Below are positions 42,609 to 54,351 of a DNA stretch of 64,000 bases, one piece after another; the first letter of the stretch is position 1, and each line of letters begins with the position of its first letter. The DNA comes from an uncultured Candidatus Rokubacteria bacterium (GTDB lineage Bacteria > Methylomirabilota > Methylomirabilia > Rokubacteriales > CSP1-6), in assembly GCA_963789955.1 (NCBI GenBank), contig CAWBMV010000016.1, forward strand, positions 32,001 to 96,000, in the 5' to 3' direction. Position numbers and translations under genes: made by a program. The notes below the pieces were generated by a model, which had not been told where the DNA came from, did not search any database, and saw only the letters and a list, made by a program, of their open reading frames with translations.

Positions 42609-44476
42609 TCGCTCGCTCTCCAGGGCCGGTACGTCGGCACCAGCTCCGCCAGCTTGGCGATCACGGCGGTGTCGTCTCCCGCGTCGGCGAGCCGCTCGAG
42701 CTCCGCGACCTGGCGCGTGAACGTCTGCCACTCGGGCGCCGTGGACAGCTGCACCCGCAGGATGCCCTCCGCCGGCGTGAGGTCCGCGGTCTCGTCCTTG
42801 CCGATCAGCTCCTCGGACAGTTTTTCGCCGGGGCGCAAGCCCACGAAGGCGATGTCGATGTCCTCCTCGGGAACGAGCCCGGACAGGCGGATGAGGTTTC
42901 GTGCGAGGTCGAGGACCTTGATCTGCTCGCCCATCTCCAGGACGAACGTGTCGCCGCCCTTCGCGAGCGTGGCCGCCTGCAGGACGAGGTGCACGGCCTC
43001 GGGAATCAGCATGAAGTAGCGGCGCATCTCGGGATGCGTCACGGTCACTGGGCCGCCAGCTTCGATCTGGGCGAGGAACTGGGGCACGACGCTGCCGTTG
43101 CTGGCCAGTACGTTGCCGAAGCGGACGGCCGAGTAGATCCCGGTCCCGTCGGCGCCCATGCTCTGGACGAGCAGCTCCGCCACTCGCTTGGTGGCGCCCA
43201 TCACGCTCGACGCGTTCACCGCCTTGTCGGTGGAGATCAGGATGAACCGCTCGACGCCGAAGCGGAGCGCGGCCTCCATGATCGCGCGCGTGCCGCCGAC
43301 GTTGTTGCGGACCGCCTCACAGGCGTTGCTCTCCATCAGCGGCACATGCTTGTGTGCCGCCGCGTGAAAGACGATCTCGGGTCGATGCGCGGCCAGCACG
43401 CCGGTCACGCGCGCCGCGTCGGAGACGTCCGCGACGACCGAGTGCGGGCGGCACCGTGTGTTCCGCCAGCACGGCTCGATCGTCAGCGAGTGCAGCCCGT
43501 TCTCGTATCGGTCCAGCAGAACGACGGCCGCCGGTCCGAGCGCCGCGACCTGCCGCGCCAGCTCGGCGCCGATCGAGCCCCCGGCGCCGGTGATCATGAC
43601 GCGCTTGCCCGCGATCAGGTGGCGGACCGGCTGGACGTCGAGCCCCAGCGGCGCTCGCTCGAGCAGATCCTCGACGGCCAGCGTGCGGATCTGGCTGACC
43701 GTCACCCGGCCATCGATCAGGTCGGGAAGGCTCGGCAACGTCTGGATCGGCACCGTGTAGGGCTCGAGCGCGCGGACGATCTCGCGGATCGCGGAGGGTC
43801 GCGCGCGGGGAATCGCCACGACGACGGCATCGGGCTTCTGCCCCGCCATGATCTTCGGCAGCGCGGCGCGCGTGCCGAGCACCTTGACGCCGTGGATGCG
43901 GCGGCCCACCTTGGCCGGGTCGTCGTCGATGAAGCCCATCGGCTCGTAGCTGTAGAGCTCGTTTTGCCTCATGTCGCGCACGATCATCTCGCCGGCGTCG
44001 CCGGCGCCGTAGACGAGCACGCGCTTTTCCGGCACCAGGCGCGCCAGCTCCCGGTGCGTCCTTCGCACCAGGCGGATGCCGCCCATGAACGCGATGAGGA
44101 GCAGCGAGTCGAGCAGGTAGACGGACGGCGGGTAGACCGCCGCATCGAACACCCACCGCAGCACGACGTAATATCCCCACGAGCTGAGCGACACCGCGGC
44201 CACGATGTTGAGGAGGTCACCGAGGCTCGTGTATCGCCACATCCCCTCGAAGAGCCGGAACGGGATGAATACGAGGATGCGGATGGCGACCAGCCACGGC
44301 AGCATCTCCAGATAGCGCGGAAAATCCAGGACCGACTGGGACGGCTTGAGATGCAAGAAGACCGCGAGGAAGTTCGACAGCAGGACCAGCGCCGCGTGCA
44401 AGATCACGATACTCGGGCGACGGTAGCGATAGATGAACCGGGCCACCGCTCCCCGGTGCTCGAGCGGCTCGATCAC
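42605..44476 (-). CDS. CapD/PglF/WbpM-type UDP-GlcNAc 4,6-dehydratase
   Basis: GAGDAG, TGAGGSIG, HAAAHKHVP, STDKAV, MGATKR, RFGNVL.SNGSV, GLRPGEKL. Confidence 0.93.
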   Translation of the reverse strand: MIEPLEHRGAVARFIYRYRRPSIVILHAALVLLSNFLAVFLHLKPSQSVLDFPRYLEMLPWLVAIRILVFIPFRLFEGMWRYTSLGDLLNIVAAVSLSSWGYYVVLRWVFDAAVYPPSVYLLDSLLLIAFMGGIRLVRRTHRELARLVPEKRVLVYGAGDAGEMIVRDMRQNELYSYEPMGFIDDDPAKVGRRIHGVKVLGTRAALPKIMAGQKPDAVVVAIPRARPSAIREIVRALEPYTVPIQTLPSLPDLIDGRVTVSQIRTLAVEDLLERAPLGLDVQPVRHLIAGKRVMITGAGGSIGAELARQVAALGPAAVVLLDRYENGLHSLTIEPCWRNTRCRPHSVVADVSDAARVTGVLAAHRPEIVFHAAAHKHVPLMESNACEAVRNNVGGTRAIMEAALRFGVERFILISTDKAVNASSVMGATKRVAELLVQSMGADGTGIYSAVRFGNVLASNGSVVPQFLAQIEAGGPVTVTHPEMRRYFMLIPEAVHLVLQAATLAKGGDTFVLEMGEQIKVLDLARNLIRLSGLVPEEDIDIAFVGLRPGEKLSEELIGKDETADLTPAEGILRVQLSTAPEWQTFTRQVAELERLADAGDDTAVIAKLAELVPTYRPWRASE

Positions 44477-45582
44477 GCGTCACCGAAGAACCGCCGGATC
44501 GCGGCGGTCGTGAATTCGACGTGCTCGGCTGTCGTCTCCGCGCTCATCGGGAGCGAGAGGACCTCGTCGCACAGACGGCTCGTCTCGGGCAGGCCGGGGT
44601 CGGACAGGCCGAGCCCCTTGTGCTCCCACATCGGTTTGGGCCAATGCAGGAGCGTCTCCACGCCCTCGGCCCGGAGAAACGCGCGGAGCGCGTCGCGCCG
44701 GCCGGTGCGGATCACGTAGTTCTGGAAGCTGTCGAAGTGCCGCGTATCGGGAAAATTCGGCAGCCGCAGGTCCCCCACCCCGTCGAGCGCCCGGCCGTAG
44801 AGCGCGGCGATGTGGCGCCGGTGGTCGATCCACGCCGGAAGGTGCCGGAGCTTCACGTCGAGCACCGCGGCGTTGACGTTGTCGAGCAGCGCGGTATAGC
44901 CGTGCAGGTGAAACTCGCCCGTCTCGCGATCCTCGCCGTTGAAGCGTAGGAGCGTCACCTTGCGGGCGATCTCCGGGTCGTTCGTGGTCACGGCGCCGCC
45001 GTCGCCCAGCCCTCCGAGCGCCTTGAGCGGATAGAAGCTGAAGCAGCCGGCAGCACCGAAGCCGCCGGCCATGCGCCCTTCGAATCGTGCGCCCAGGGCC
45101 TGCGCGGCGTCCTCGATGACGGCGAGCCCATGCGTCTGCGCCAGCGCCATGATGCGCCGCATGTCGCACATCCGGCCGTTCAGATGGACCGGCATGATCG
45201 CGCGCGTTCGGGGCGTGATCGCGCGCTCGAGCAGCGTCACGTCCATGTTGTGGTCCGATCCGACGTCGATGAGCACCGGAGTGGCACCGGCGTGGACGAT
45301 CGCGGACACGCTGGCGACGAACGTGTGTGCCACGGTGATGACCTCGTCGCCCGGACCGATCCCGGCCGCGAGCAAGGAGAAGTGCAGCGCGTGATAGCCG
45401 CTGTTCACTCCGACCGCGAACGCGGTTCCCACGAACGCCGCCAGGTGACGCTCGAAGCTCGCGAGCTGCTCGCGGAGCACGAGATCGCCCTTCGCCAGGG
45501 TCTCGGTGACCGCCGCGTCGACCTCGGTCTTCAGGCGCCGGTAGTGCTCGCGCGGATCAACGAACGGGACGCGATACGCCAT
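44473..45582 (-). CDS. DegT/DnrJ/EryC1/StrS family aminotransferase
   Basis: EDAAQALG, SFYPLKALGGLGDGG, LSLPM. Confidence 0.92.
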   Translation of the reverse strand: MAYRVPFVDPREHYRRLKTEVDAAVTETLAKGDLVLREQLASFERHLAAFVGTAFAVGVNSGYHALHFSLLAAGIGPGDEVITVAHTFVASVSAIVHAGATPVLIDVGSDHNMDVTLLERAITPRTRAIMPVHLNGRMCDMRRIMALAQTHGLAVIEDAAQALGARFEGRMAGGFGAAGCFSFYPLKALGGLGDGGAVTTNDPEIARKVTLLRFNGEDRETGEFHLHGYTALLDNVNAAVLDVKLRHLPAWIDHRRHIAALYGRALDGVGDLRLPNFPDTRHFDSFQNYVIRTGRRDALRAFLRAEGVETLLHWPKPMWEHKGLGLSDPGLPETSRLCDEVLSLPMSAETTAEHVEFTTAAIRRFFGDA

Positions 45583-45583
45583 G

Positions 45584-46568
45584 CTATCTCCTGTAGGAGC
45601 ACACCTCGCGCGCCGCGGCCTCGATATCGTCGGCTCCCACGTAATACGCCGACTCGAGGGACGCGCTCATCGGCGCCGGAGCGTCTGGCAGGCAGACTCG
45701 CGCGACGGGCGCGACCAGGGTGTCGAAGCAATCGGCCGCGATCGTGGCGGCGATCTCCGCGGCCACGCCGCAGGTCCGCCAGGCTGCGTCGGCGACGACC
45801 AGACGGCGCGTCTTGCGCACGGACTCGACGACGCACGCGCGATCCCAGGGCTTGATCGACCGCAGGTCGATCACCTCCGCGTCGATCCCGTCCGCCTCGA
45901 GCGCGGTGGCCGCACGGGTCGCCTGGGGCGCCATGAACGAGGTCGCGACGATCGTGATCTGCCCTCCGGACCGGCGTATGGCCGCGGTGCCGATCTCGAC
46001 CGCATACTCGACGGTCGGCACGTCGCCGACCTCCTCGTAGAGCCAGCGATCGTCGATATAGAGGACCGGGTTTCCGTCGTTCACCGCCGCGACGAGGAGT
46101 CCCTTGGCGTCGTGTGGCGTGCTCGGCATGACGACCTTCAGGCCGGGCACGTGCGTGAACATCGCCTGCAGCGCCTGCGAATGCTGTGCGGCCTGCTCGC
46201 CGCCGCGGTTGATCACGGTCCGGATCACGATCGGCACGCTCGTCCGTCCGGCGAACATGTACGCCCAGTTCGCGGCCTGATTCACGATCGGGTCGACCGC
46301 GAGCAGCATGAAGTCCATCCGCGGGTGAAACACGATCGGGCGCATGCCGGCGAGGGCGGCACCGACGGCGGCGCCCGTCATCGCATTCTCGGAGACCGGC
46401 GAGTCCAGCACGCGATCGCGCCCGAACTCGCTTGTCGATGTCCTGAAGGCTAGCTCCCGCGTACCACGGGCTCCACAGGCCCTGCCCGATGACGAACACG
46501 CGCGGGTCCGAGGCCAACAGCTGCGCGAAGGCCTCGCGGATGGCCTGAGCGTAGGTCAGCGATCGCAT
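45584..46568 (-). CDS. ThDP-dependent E1 beta-like subunit (frameshifted)
   Basis: DSPVSENAM, AAQHSQ, PGLKVVMP, EVIDLRSIKPWD. Confidence 0.9.
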
Positions 46569-46569
46569 C

Positions 46570-47555
46570 TCAGGGGGCATGCTTCGCGAGGCCGAACACG
46601 TGGGAAGCGACTCCTTTCGGGTCGGGGCGCGGCGACTCGCGAGCAAACTGCACCGAGCGCTCGATCTCTGTCGTGACGAGTGTCTTCTCGCGGGCGAGCT
46701 CCTCGTCGGGTATGCCGAGCGCGGCCAGCCGCCGGCCGAGCGACGCGATCGGGTCCTTGTCCAGCCACGCGTGCAGTTCGTCCTTCCGCTTCACACCGAC
46801 GTCCTCGTCCCACGAGGGACCGACGTGCCCGCGCCACCGATACGTGTCGCAAACCAGCAAGGTCGGTCCCTGGCCGGCGCGGGCGCGCGCGACCGCCGCC
46901 ACGGCGCCGTCGTACACGAGGTCAGCGGCATTGCCGTCGACGCGCCACGACGAAACGCCTTGAGCGTGACCGGCGCTGCTCGAGTCGGTCGATCGCTCGC
47001 CGCTCGAGCAACCCCATGTGGCTCGCGTAGAAGTTGTTCTCGCACACGAAGATAACTGGAAGGCGATAGAGCGCCGCCAGGTTGAGGGACTCGTGAAAGT
47101 GCCCTTCCTCCATCGCGCCGTCCCCGAAGAAGGAGACGGAGATCCGCGTGGTCCCGTCGGAGCTTCGACGCCAGCGCCGTCCCCACGGCGAGCGGGATCG
47201 TGGCGGCGACGAGTGGCACGGTGCCGAGGATGCCGACCTCCGGGGCGATCAGGTGCATGGACCCGCCGCGTCCGCCGGCGCAGCCGGTCTCCCTGCCGTA
47301 CAGCTCGGCCATCAGCGCCGGAAGCTCGCCGCCCTTCGCGATGTAGTGCCCGTGAGACCGGTGCCCGCCCCAGACATAGTCCGTGGTCGCGAGCGCCGCG
47401 CACACGCCCGCCGCGATCGCCTCCTGACCGATGCACAGGTGGCAGGGACAGCGGATCTCGCCAGCTTCCATGAGCTCCGCGGCGCGCTCCTCGAAGAGGC
47501 GGATCCGAAGCATCGTCACATAGAGACGACGCAGCACGGCGGCGTCAGCGGGCAT
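46570..47555 (-). CDS. ThDP-dependent E1 alpha-like subunit (frameshifted)
   Basis: [47 protein letters not shown]. Confidence 0.9.
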
Positions 47556-48205
47556 GCGGCGGCGCTCCTTGCCGTTCCGGGATTCCGGCGTTCGCCACGA
47601 GACGCCGGACGACACGCGAGATCACGTGGCGGAGCGTGGCGCCGAGGATGAGAAGATCCACCACGAGCGAGTGCCGGGAGACGTACTCGAGCTGAAGGCG
47701 CATCTTCTGCGGGCGAATTTCCTCGAGGTACACGCGTTCGGGATCGACGCGACCTCGGAGCAACGACTCCTTCATCTGGATTGCTGAGCGTCGCCCAGTC
47801 GGTGATGCCCGGTCGAACGTCGAGGATGCGGCGCTCCTCAGGCGAGAACATCCGGACGTACGCTTCCACCTCGGGCCGCGGCCCCACGAGACTCATGTGC
47901 CCGGCGACCACGTTGAAGAGCTGAGGAAGCTCGTCCAGCTTGTACCGGCGGAGCACGCCGCCGATGCGGGTGATACGCGGATCGTCGTCAGCCGTCGAAG
48001 AGCCTCCGAGCCGCTCGGCGTTCACGACCATCGTGCGAAATTTGCACATGCGGAACGGCCGGCCGTGCCGGCCGATCCTGACGCCCCGGTACAGCACGGG
48101 CCCATGATCCTCGCGCTTGACCAGGACCGCGATCACGACGAGCAGCGGCGCCAGGACCAGAAGCCCGACGACCGCTGCGATGAGGTCCACGGTGCGCTTG
48201 ACCAC
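47545..48205 (-). CDS. Initiating phosphoglycosyl transferase (bacterial sugar transferase; frameshift near 47770)
   Basis: KRTVDL, KFRTM, DPRITRIG, DELPQLFNV, SLVGPRPE, RPGIT. Confidence 0.92.
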
Positions 48206-49089
48206 TACGCCAGCCCGCTCCCCGCGTTTCGCGCCGCGTGCAGCTGGTGCCCACCATTCAGGTCCTCGAGCACGGCCGAGACGTAACCGAGCTCCAGAAC
48301 GCCATCGATGAAGGCCCCCAGGGCCGTGAGGTGGTGCGGCCCGAGGCCGCGTCGATGCCGTGTCGGGTTGTCCGCGGGGATCACCTGGTCCGCGCCGTCG
48401 ACGAATTCCGCCGGATGCGCGTAGAAGACGAGGATCGAGCTTCGCGACCTGAGCCGATGGACGGCCCATCGGAGCGGAGCCAACCCCAGGACACGGAGCG
48501 CGCTCATGTTGAGTGGAAGCAGGAAGGCTGACGGCGGAACCTCGAGCACGGTGCTGGCGCCTCGGTCGTTCAGATCATCGAGAGATGGATGATATGGCTC
48601 GAGCGGCGCCCGGTAATATCGCGTCCGCCTCACCCCCGCCGGTCCGACCGAGAGCCGACGCGGCGACACCGACGAATCGTAGGAGTATCCGACGTCCTGC
48701 AGGACACGAACCGTCGTCTCGCTGACGAGGAGGTTCGGGGCCCGGAATGCCTTCGGCGACACGCCGGAGGCGTCTTCGACGGCGCGCGAGGCGTCCACCA
48801 GCCACGTCCGCTGTCGCTCCGCCGGCGCCAGACCGAAATTCTCGTCGTCGGTCGCGCTGAGCGAGCCGTGCTCCCACCCGTGGGTCCCGAGCGCGTGTCC
48901 GCGATGGGCAACCTCTCGGACGACGTGCGGATAACGCTCGGCGAACCGGCCGGCCACGAAGAACGTGGCCCGGATGCCCAGGCGATCGCAGAAATCGCAC
49001 AAGCGCAGGACTCCGGTCTCGGAGCCAACGACCCAATCGACGTCCACCGTGAACAAGAACCGCCGCGCGGGCAGGCCGGTCGGGTTCAT
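48205..49089 (-). CDS. Polysaccharide deacetylase family protein
   Basis: FTVDVD, ATFFV, THGWEH, FRAP, YDSS, YAHP.EF. Confidence 0.85.
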   Translation of the reverse strand: MNPTGLPARRFLFTVDVDWVVGSETGVLRLCDFCDRLGIRATFFVAGRFAERYPHVVREVAHRGHALGTHGWEHGSLSATDDENFGLAPAERQRTWLVDASRAVEDASGVSPKAFRAPNLLVSETTVRVLQDVGYSYDSSVSPRRLSVGPAGVRRTRYYRAPLEPYHPSLDDLNDRGASTVLEVPPSAFLLPLNMSALRVLGLAPLRWAVHRLRSRSSILVFYAHPAEFVDGADQVIPADNPTRHRRGLGPHHLTALGAFIDGVLELGYVSAVLEDLNGGHQLHAARNAGSGLA

Positions 49090-49634
49090 GGATGCTCGGC
49101 CGCGGCGGTGAGCGCGAAATACCCGAGCGCGCGCACGCGCAGTCGATCCTTGCGAATGCCTTCGGCCACGAGCGACAGGCCGGCGCGCTTCGCGGCCCGG
49201 ACCGATGCCACGTTGCTCTCTTCGGTCAGATACCAGAATCGACGGCCCGGGCGACCGAGCCGGCGGACGATCTCGCGGATCGCGAAGGTCGCCAGACCTC
49301 GTCCCCGATGCGTCTCGTCCGTCGCGGTATATCCGATCTGAAGGTCGCCCGGGCCCATGAACGGAAAGACGAAATAGGGTGGCAGCACCAGCGCGCGATG
49401 GGCGACGTGCCGGCCGGCGCGAATGATCAGCGCCCCGTACTCGCGGTTCCGGAAGCATTGCGTCTCGTGCATGAGCCAGCACACGTAGAGTCGCGCCGCG
49501 CGCTCGCCCGGCGGCACCGGATGCGCCCACGAGGGCCGCCACAGCTCGACTCGGTATTCGCTCGGGAGCGGCGCCTCGGACCATGCCTCGCCGCTCTCGG
49601 CCGTGAACACCAGATAGCGTTCTAACGGGCGCAC
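49086..49634 (-). CDS. GNAT-family acyltransferase
   Basis: HRGRGLA acetyl-CoA motif, NVASVRAAKRAG. Confidence 0.75.
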   Translation of the reverse strand: MRPLERYLVFTAESGEAWSEAPLPSEYRVELWRPSWAHPVPPGERAARLYVCWLMHETQCFRNREYGALIIRAGRHVAHRALVLPPYFVFPFMGPGDLQIGYTATDETHRGRGLATFAIREIVRRLGRPGRRFWYLTEESNVASVRAAKRAGLSLVAEGIRKDRLRVRALGYFALTAAAEHP

Positions 49635-49641
49635 GCCGCCC

Positions 49642-50331
49642 TCACGCGAATGCGGTCACGAAGTAGCACCCGCCTGTGTAGTCGAGATGCTTCACGTCGA
49701 TCCTGGTGAACCCGGCTCGCGCCAGATAGTCGCGGGTCTCGGTCTCCGAGTGGTGGAAGACCTCACAGCGCCCCAGCAGCCGATACCGGATTCTGCGCAT
49801 CGGCCAGCGCAGCGCGTCTTTGAACGGAACCGAGATGACCGCTGACCCGCGAATGTGCTTGCGCAGCGCCGCCAGGAACGCCACGGGCTCCGCGACATAG
49901 TCGAGGACGCCCATCACGATAGCGAAATCGAACGGCTCGTCGAGCTCGGCGACGCCGCGCACCGTCGGAAACGGCGAGCAGACGAAGCGGCACTGCTCGG
50001 CGAGACCCCGTCGGGCGGCTTCCTCACGCGCTCGCGCGATCATCGGCTCAGCGATGTCGAGCCCGACGATCTTCCGGGGACCCCACCGGGCCGCCTCGAA
50101 GCAATACACGCCCGATCCGCAGCCGATATCGAGCACCGACTTGCCATGCAGGAGAGGTCCGAGCGTCTTGAACGTGAGATCGTAGCGGTCGTAGATATCG
50201 CGCCGGAGCATCGCGTCGAGCGTACGCAACAGTCGAGTCCGCTTGCCGCCGTAGATCGAGTCCCACTGCTCCGAGAAGTCGGAAAAGAAGCGACGGACGT
50301 TCTCGCTCTGCGCCGGCGAGTGATGGCTCAT
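49642..50331 (-). CDS. Class I SAM-dependent methyltransferase
   Basis: VLDIGCGSG, GLDIA, FDFAIVMGVLDY. Confidence 0.88.
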   Translation of the reverse strand: MSHHSPAQSENVRRFFSDFSEQWDSIYGGKRTRLLRTLDAMLRRDIYDRYDLTFKTLGPLLHGKSVLDIGCGSGVYCFEAARWGPRKIVGLDIAEPMIARAREEAARRGLAEQCRFVCSPFPTVRGVAELDEPFDFAIVMGVLDYVAEPVAFLAALRKHIRGSAVISVPFKDALRWPMRRIRYRLLGRCEVFHHSETETRDYLARAGFTRIDVKHLDYTGGCYFVTAFA

Positions 50332-51579
50332 CGGCGCGGGCCCGTGGTCTCGGCCACGCGCCGCAGCAACGCCTCGGTGAGTGGCGCACCGACCTCGAGC
50401 GACATTCGCTCGAGGTAGTATGCGCGGCCGCGTGCGCCCATGGCGTCGAGCTCTTCGCGATCCGTCTCGAACAGCTTCCGCATCGCGTCGGCCAGCTCCG
50501 CGGGATCCTCGGGACCGCAGGTCGCCCCCGCGCCGGCGTCACGAACGATATCGGACGCGTCGCCGCGAACCGCCATCAGGATCGGGCGGGCGCTGGCCAG
50601 CGACACCTGCGTCTTGCTCGGGATCGTGCCCCGCAGGAACGGCAGGTCACGCAGGTGAACCAGCAGCACATCGGCGAGCGCGTTGATCCTGGGCATCTCC
50701 GAGTACTCGCGATGCCCGAGGAAGCGGACGTTGTCAGCCCCCAGCTCCCGGGCCAGCGACTTCAGCTGAGCCTCGCACTGCCCGGTCCCGCTTAGCACCA
50801 CCTGGATTCTCGACTCGCCGCGGATCATGGCCGCCGCCCGGATGACGGTGTCGAGCCCCTGGAACGCGCCGAGGTTGCCCGCGTAGACGATATTGAACCG
50901 GCCCGTCAGACCCAGCGCGGCCGCCAGCGCGGGGTCGCGCTCGACGGGCTTGAATACCGTCTCGTCGGTCCAGTTGTAGATCACTTCCATCTTCTGGGAC
51001 GGGACGCCGCGGGCGAGCAGCAGACGCTTGAAACCGGGAGAGAGAACCGACAGTGCGCCCGCCTGCCCGTAGGTCAGGCGGCACCAGCCCGCCAGGAGAC
51101 GCTCGACGACGCGCCGCGCGGCGTTGTCGCCCAGCATTCCCGAGGCGACCACCGCTTCGGGCCACATGTCTGCGATGTGATACACGAACGGCATCCCGCG
51201 AAGCGCCTTCAACATGATCGCGGGCAGGCCAACGGTGGCCGGAGGGTGATAGACATACGCGACGTCGGCCTGCTCCACGAGCGCGGCGCCGAGTGTCGCC
51301 GCCGAGAGGGCGAATGTCGTGTAGTTCGCCACGCGGCCCAGCGCCGACGCATCGTGGCTCGGGTAGAGCGGCACGCGCAGTACCGGGATGCCGTCCATCA
51401 CCTCGCGCTGCCAGAGCCGGATGCGGTAGCCCGGGTAGACGCGGCCGCCCGGATAGTTCGGGACCCCTGTGAGCACGCTGGACCTCGTGCCCGCGCGCCG
51501 CGAGCCATCGCGCGAGCGGCAAGCCGCGGATGGCGCCCGGCTCGGGCTCGAACCATTGGGTCACGAAGAGGATCTTCAT
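50328..51579 (-). CDS. GT4 glycosyltransferase (WbuB-like; frameshift near 51478)
   Basis: MKILFVTQWFEPEPG, LTGVPNYPGG, DMWPE, YAGNLG..QGL, IPSK. Confidence 0.9.
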
Positions 51580-53308
51580 CGCGCGGCATACCGGTTGAGC
51601 CACAGGTCGAGCATCAGCAGTCCGAAGACTTCGCGGGAGAACTTCGTCTCGGCGGTGAAGTTCACTCGCCGCAGGTCGTAGTGATCCCGGAAGCGCGAAT
51701 CCATGATCCGCTCGCGGATCAGGTGCGAGGCGCGGTTCACGAACGTCCCGATCGGCGTCGTGAAGCCCATCTTGTCCTTCCGGTGCGTGATGGTCTTCGG
51801 CACGACGCCGGCCGAAATCTCTCGCAGCACGGGCTTGAGGTCGCCGTTCTGGAGAAACCGCGCCGAGCTCACTCTTTGCAGGTGACGCACGAGCCGCTGA
51901 TGGAGGAGGCTCGGCCGGCTCTCGAGTGAGTGACGGCCGGCCATCTTGTCGTCGATGTTGAGGAGCCCCGGGAGAAAGTGACGGCGGTCGAACCGCAGCA
52001 TCGTGTCGAGCTCGTCATCGCCGGCTCGGCAGGCCTCGTAGGCGGCTTCGAACGTCTTCTCGACATCGGGCTCATAGAAGCGGTAGAGCGACGGGTCGCC
52101 CTTGCGGTGGGTGAACTCGAAGCGGTCGGCGGCCGCGCGTCAGCTCCTGCATGCGCTGGTAGAGCGCGCGGTACGAATCCTGGTAGCACTCACCGAGCGC
52201 CAGCTGGTATCGCACGTAGCCCGCGAACAGCTCGTCGCCTCCGGTCCCGGTGAGCATCACCTTGTAGCGCCGCTTGACCTGAGCCAGCAGGTCGTCGAGC
52301 GGGAGGATGACCGAGCCGATCGTCAGCTCGTCGAAATCCTCGACGATGTCGGTGAGCCGCGCCACCAGATTGAACGACTCCTGAGCGTTCACCACGAACA
52401 GGCGCGTGGGGGTTCCCCGCACCGCCTGCTGTGCGAAGAACGTCTCGTTGCACTCCGGGTCGGAGTAGTTGCAGTGATAGGCGACCTCGGGCCTGGCGAT
52501 GCGCGTGATGAGGCTCGAGTCGAGCCCGCCGCTGCACAAGGTGGTGAACGACGTGTCGCCGATCGTGGACGCGAGCACGCACTCGGTCACCAGCTCCCGC
52601 GTCTTCTCGACCCACTCCGCGGTCAACGGCTGCGTCGACCCACCCGGCGTCGAAGATGTCCTCGTAGCACACCAGCCGTGATGGGCCGCCATCGAGATCG
52701 AGCTCGACGACATGGCCCGGCGGCACCTTCTGGATCTGCTTCACGAACGTCTTGTCGCCGAAGGTGAACTGGTAGCGGACGTACTCGGAGATCGCCTCGT
52801 AGTCGAGCTCGGGCGGCTCCGGCACCGCGTCGAGGATGGCCCCGATCAACGACGACACGCAGAGGACGTCCTTCGAGCGCCAGTAGTAGAGCGGCTTCAC
52901 GCCGAACTGATCGCGGACCAGGAACAATCGACGCTGGGACTTGTCGTAGACGACGAAGGCCCAGAATCCGTCGAGGTCGGGAAGGATCCGGCTGCCCCAG
53001 CGGGTCCAGGCGTGGAGCAGCACCTCGGCGTCGTTGGCGGCCGTCACCGCGACGCCCTCCGCCCTCAATCGCGCCGCGATCGCGTTGAAGTTGAAGATCT
53101 CGCCGTTGTAGGCGAGCACGTGGGTCGCGCTCTCGAGCGGCTCGGTTCCGCGATCGTCGAGCCCGATGATGGCCAGACGCGCGTGACCGATCTGCACCGT
53201 CCGATCCGACCAGAACCCGATGTCGTCGGGTCCGCGCCGCCTCAAGGACCGGAGCAGGCGATGGTGAAACGGCCGATCGACGCCGGAGATCGCGAGGATG
53301 CCGCACAT
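51576..53308 (-). CDS. Asparagine synthase-like glutamine amidotransferase (frameshifted)
   Basis: MCGI, RGPD, RLAIIG, NGEIFN, RDQFGVKPLYY, SGGLDSS, GTGGDELFAGY, SLESR, KMGF. Confidence 0.88.
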
Positions 53309-53318
53309 ATCGCGGGTG

Positions 53319-54351
53319 TTACGCGCCCTGACCGAACGCCATGCGGACACCGTCCTTGAACGACAGGGGCTCGCGACCCAGGAGCGCGCGAAGGGCGGAC
53401 GGGTCGCCTAAACAGTGTCGCATGTCCCCCGCCCGATACCCGCCGACAACCTCAGGCGGGCAATCGACCCCGAGCGCCTCGGCGATCCGCTCGCAGGCCT
53501 CGCCGAGCCGGGTGGGGACACCTGAGCAGACGTTGGTGACCGGCTGGCGCCGGTCGCGCCGCCCAAGCACGGCCAGGATGGCGGCCACGACGTCGCCGAC
53601 GAAGACCCAATCGCGGATCTGCCGCCCGTCCTCGAAGAGCTTCGGCCGCTCACCCGCCCGCGCCCAGCCCGGCGATCCGCGCGATGATGGTGGCCTCCCC
53701 ATCGTCCAGCCGCAGGCGGGACCCGTACACGGACGAGAAGCGCAGAATCGAGACCGGGCACGCGGTAGAGCCCCTGAAGCAGAGCTCCTGCATGTACTTC
53801 GAGGCGCCGTACGTCTCGAGAGGATCCGGCGCGCGCCGTCTCCGTGATCGGCTGGATCTCCATGTCGGCGCCGCACTCGCGGCAGCGCACCTCGAAGCGC
53901 CCAGCGTCGAGGTCGGCCGGGCTTCGCGTCCCGTCGCCCTCGCGCGCGCACCGCGCGCACCGATACGTGTAGTTGGCCCCGTAGACGCTGAAGCTGGACG
54001 CCAGCACGACGCGGCGCAACCGGGTCCAGCGCCGCGCGGCCTCGACGAGCCGTCCCGTGCCGGCGCAATTCGCCTCCAGGATGTTGGCGGGCTCGCGCGC
54101 CGCGCGTGCGACGCCGCCGAGCGCCGCCAGATGCACGACGGCCTCGACGTCGTCGAAGCCGTGCGTCCGGCTCGAAGTCGGCGCAGGTCGACGATGCGAT
54201 AGTCGACATCCGCGCGAAGGTAGGTCGGCCGCTCGCGATGGACGCCGGGATCGAGGCTGTCGACGCAGACGACGGCGGCGCCCGCCTCGCGGAGGGCATC
54301 CACGACGTGCGAGCCGATGAAACCGGCGCCGCCCGTCACCAGGACTTTCAT
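53319..54351 (-). CDS. NAD-dependent sugar epimerase/dehydratase with CxxC..CxxC insert (frameshifted)
   Basis: TGGAGFIG, HLAA, YGASK, FEDGRQIRDWVFV, YRAGDMRHC. Confidence 0.85.
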
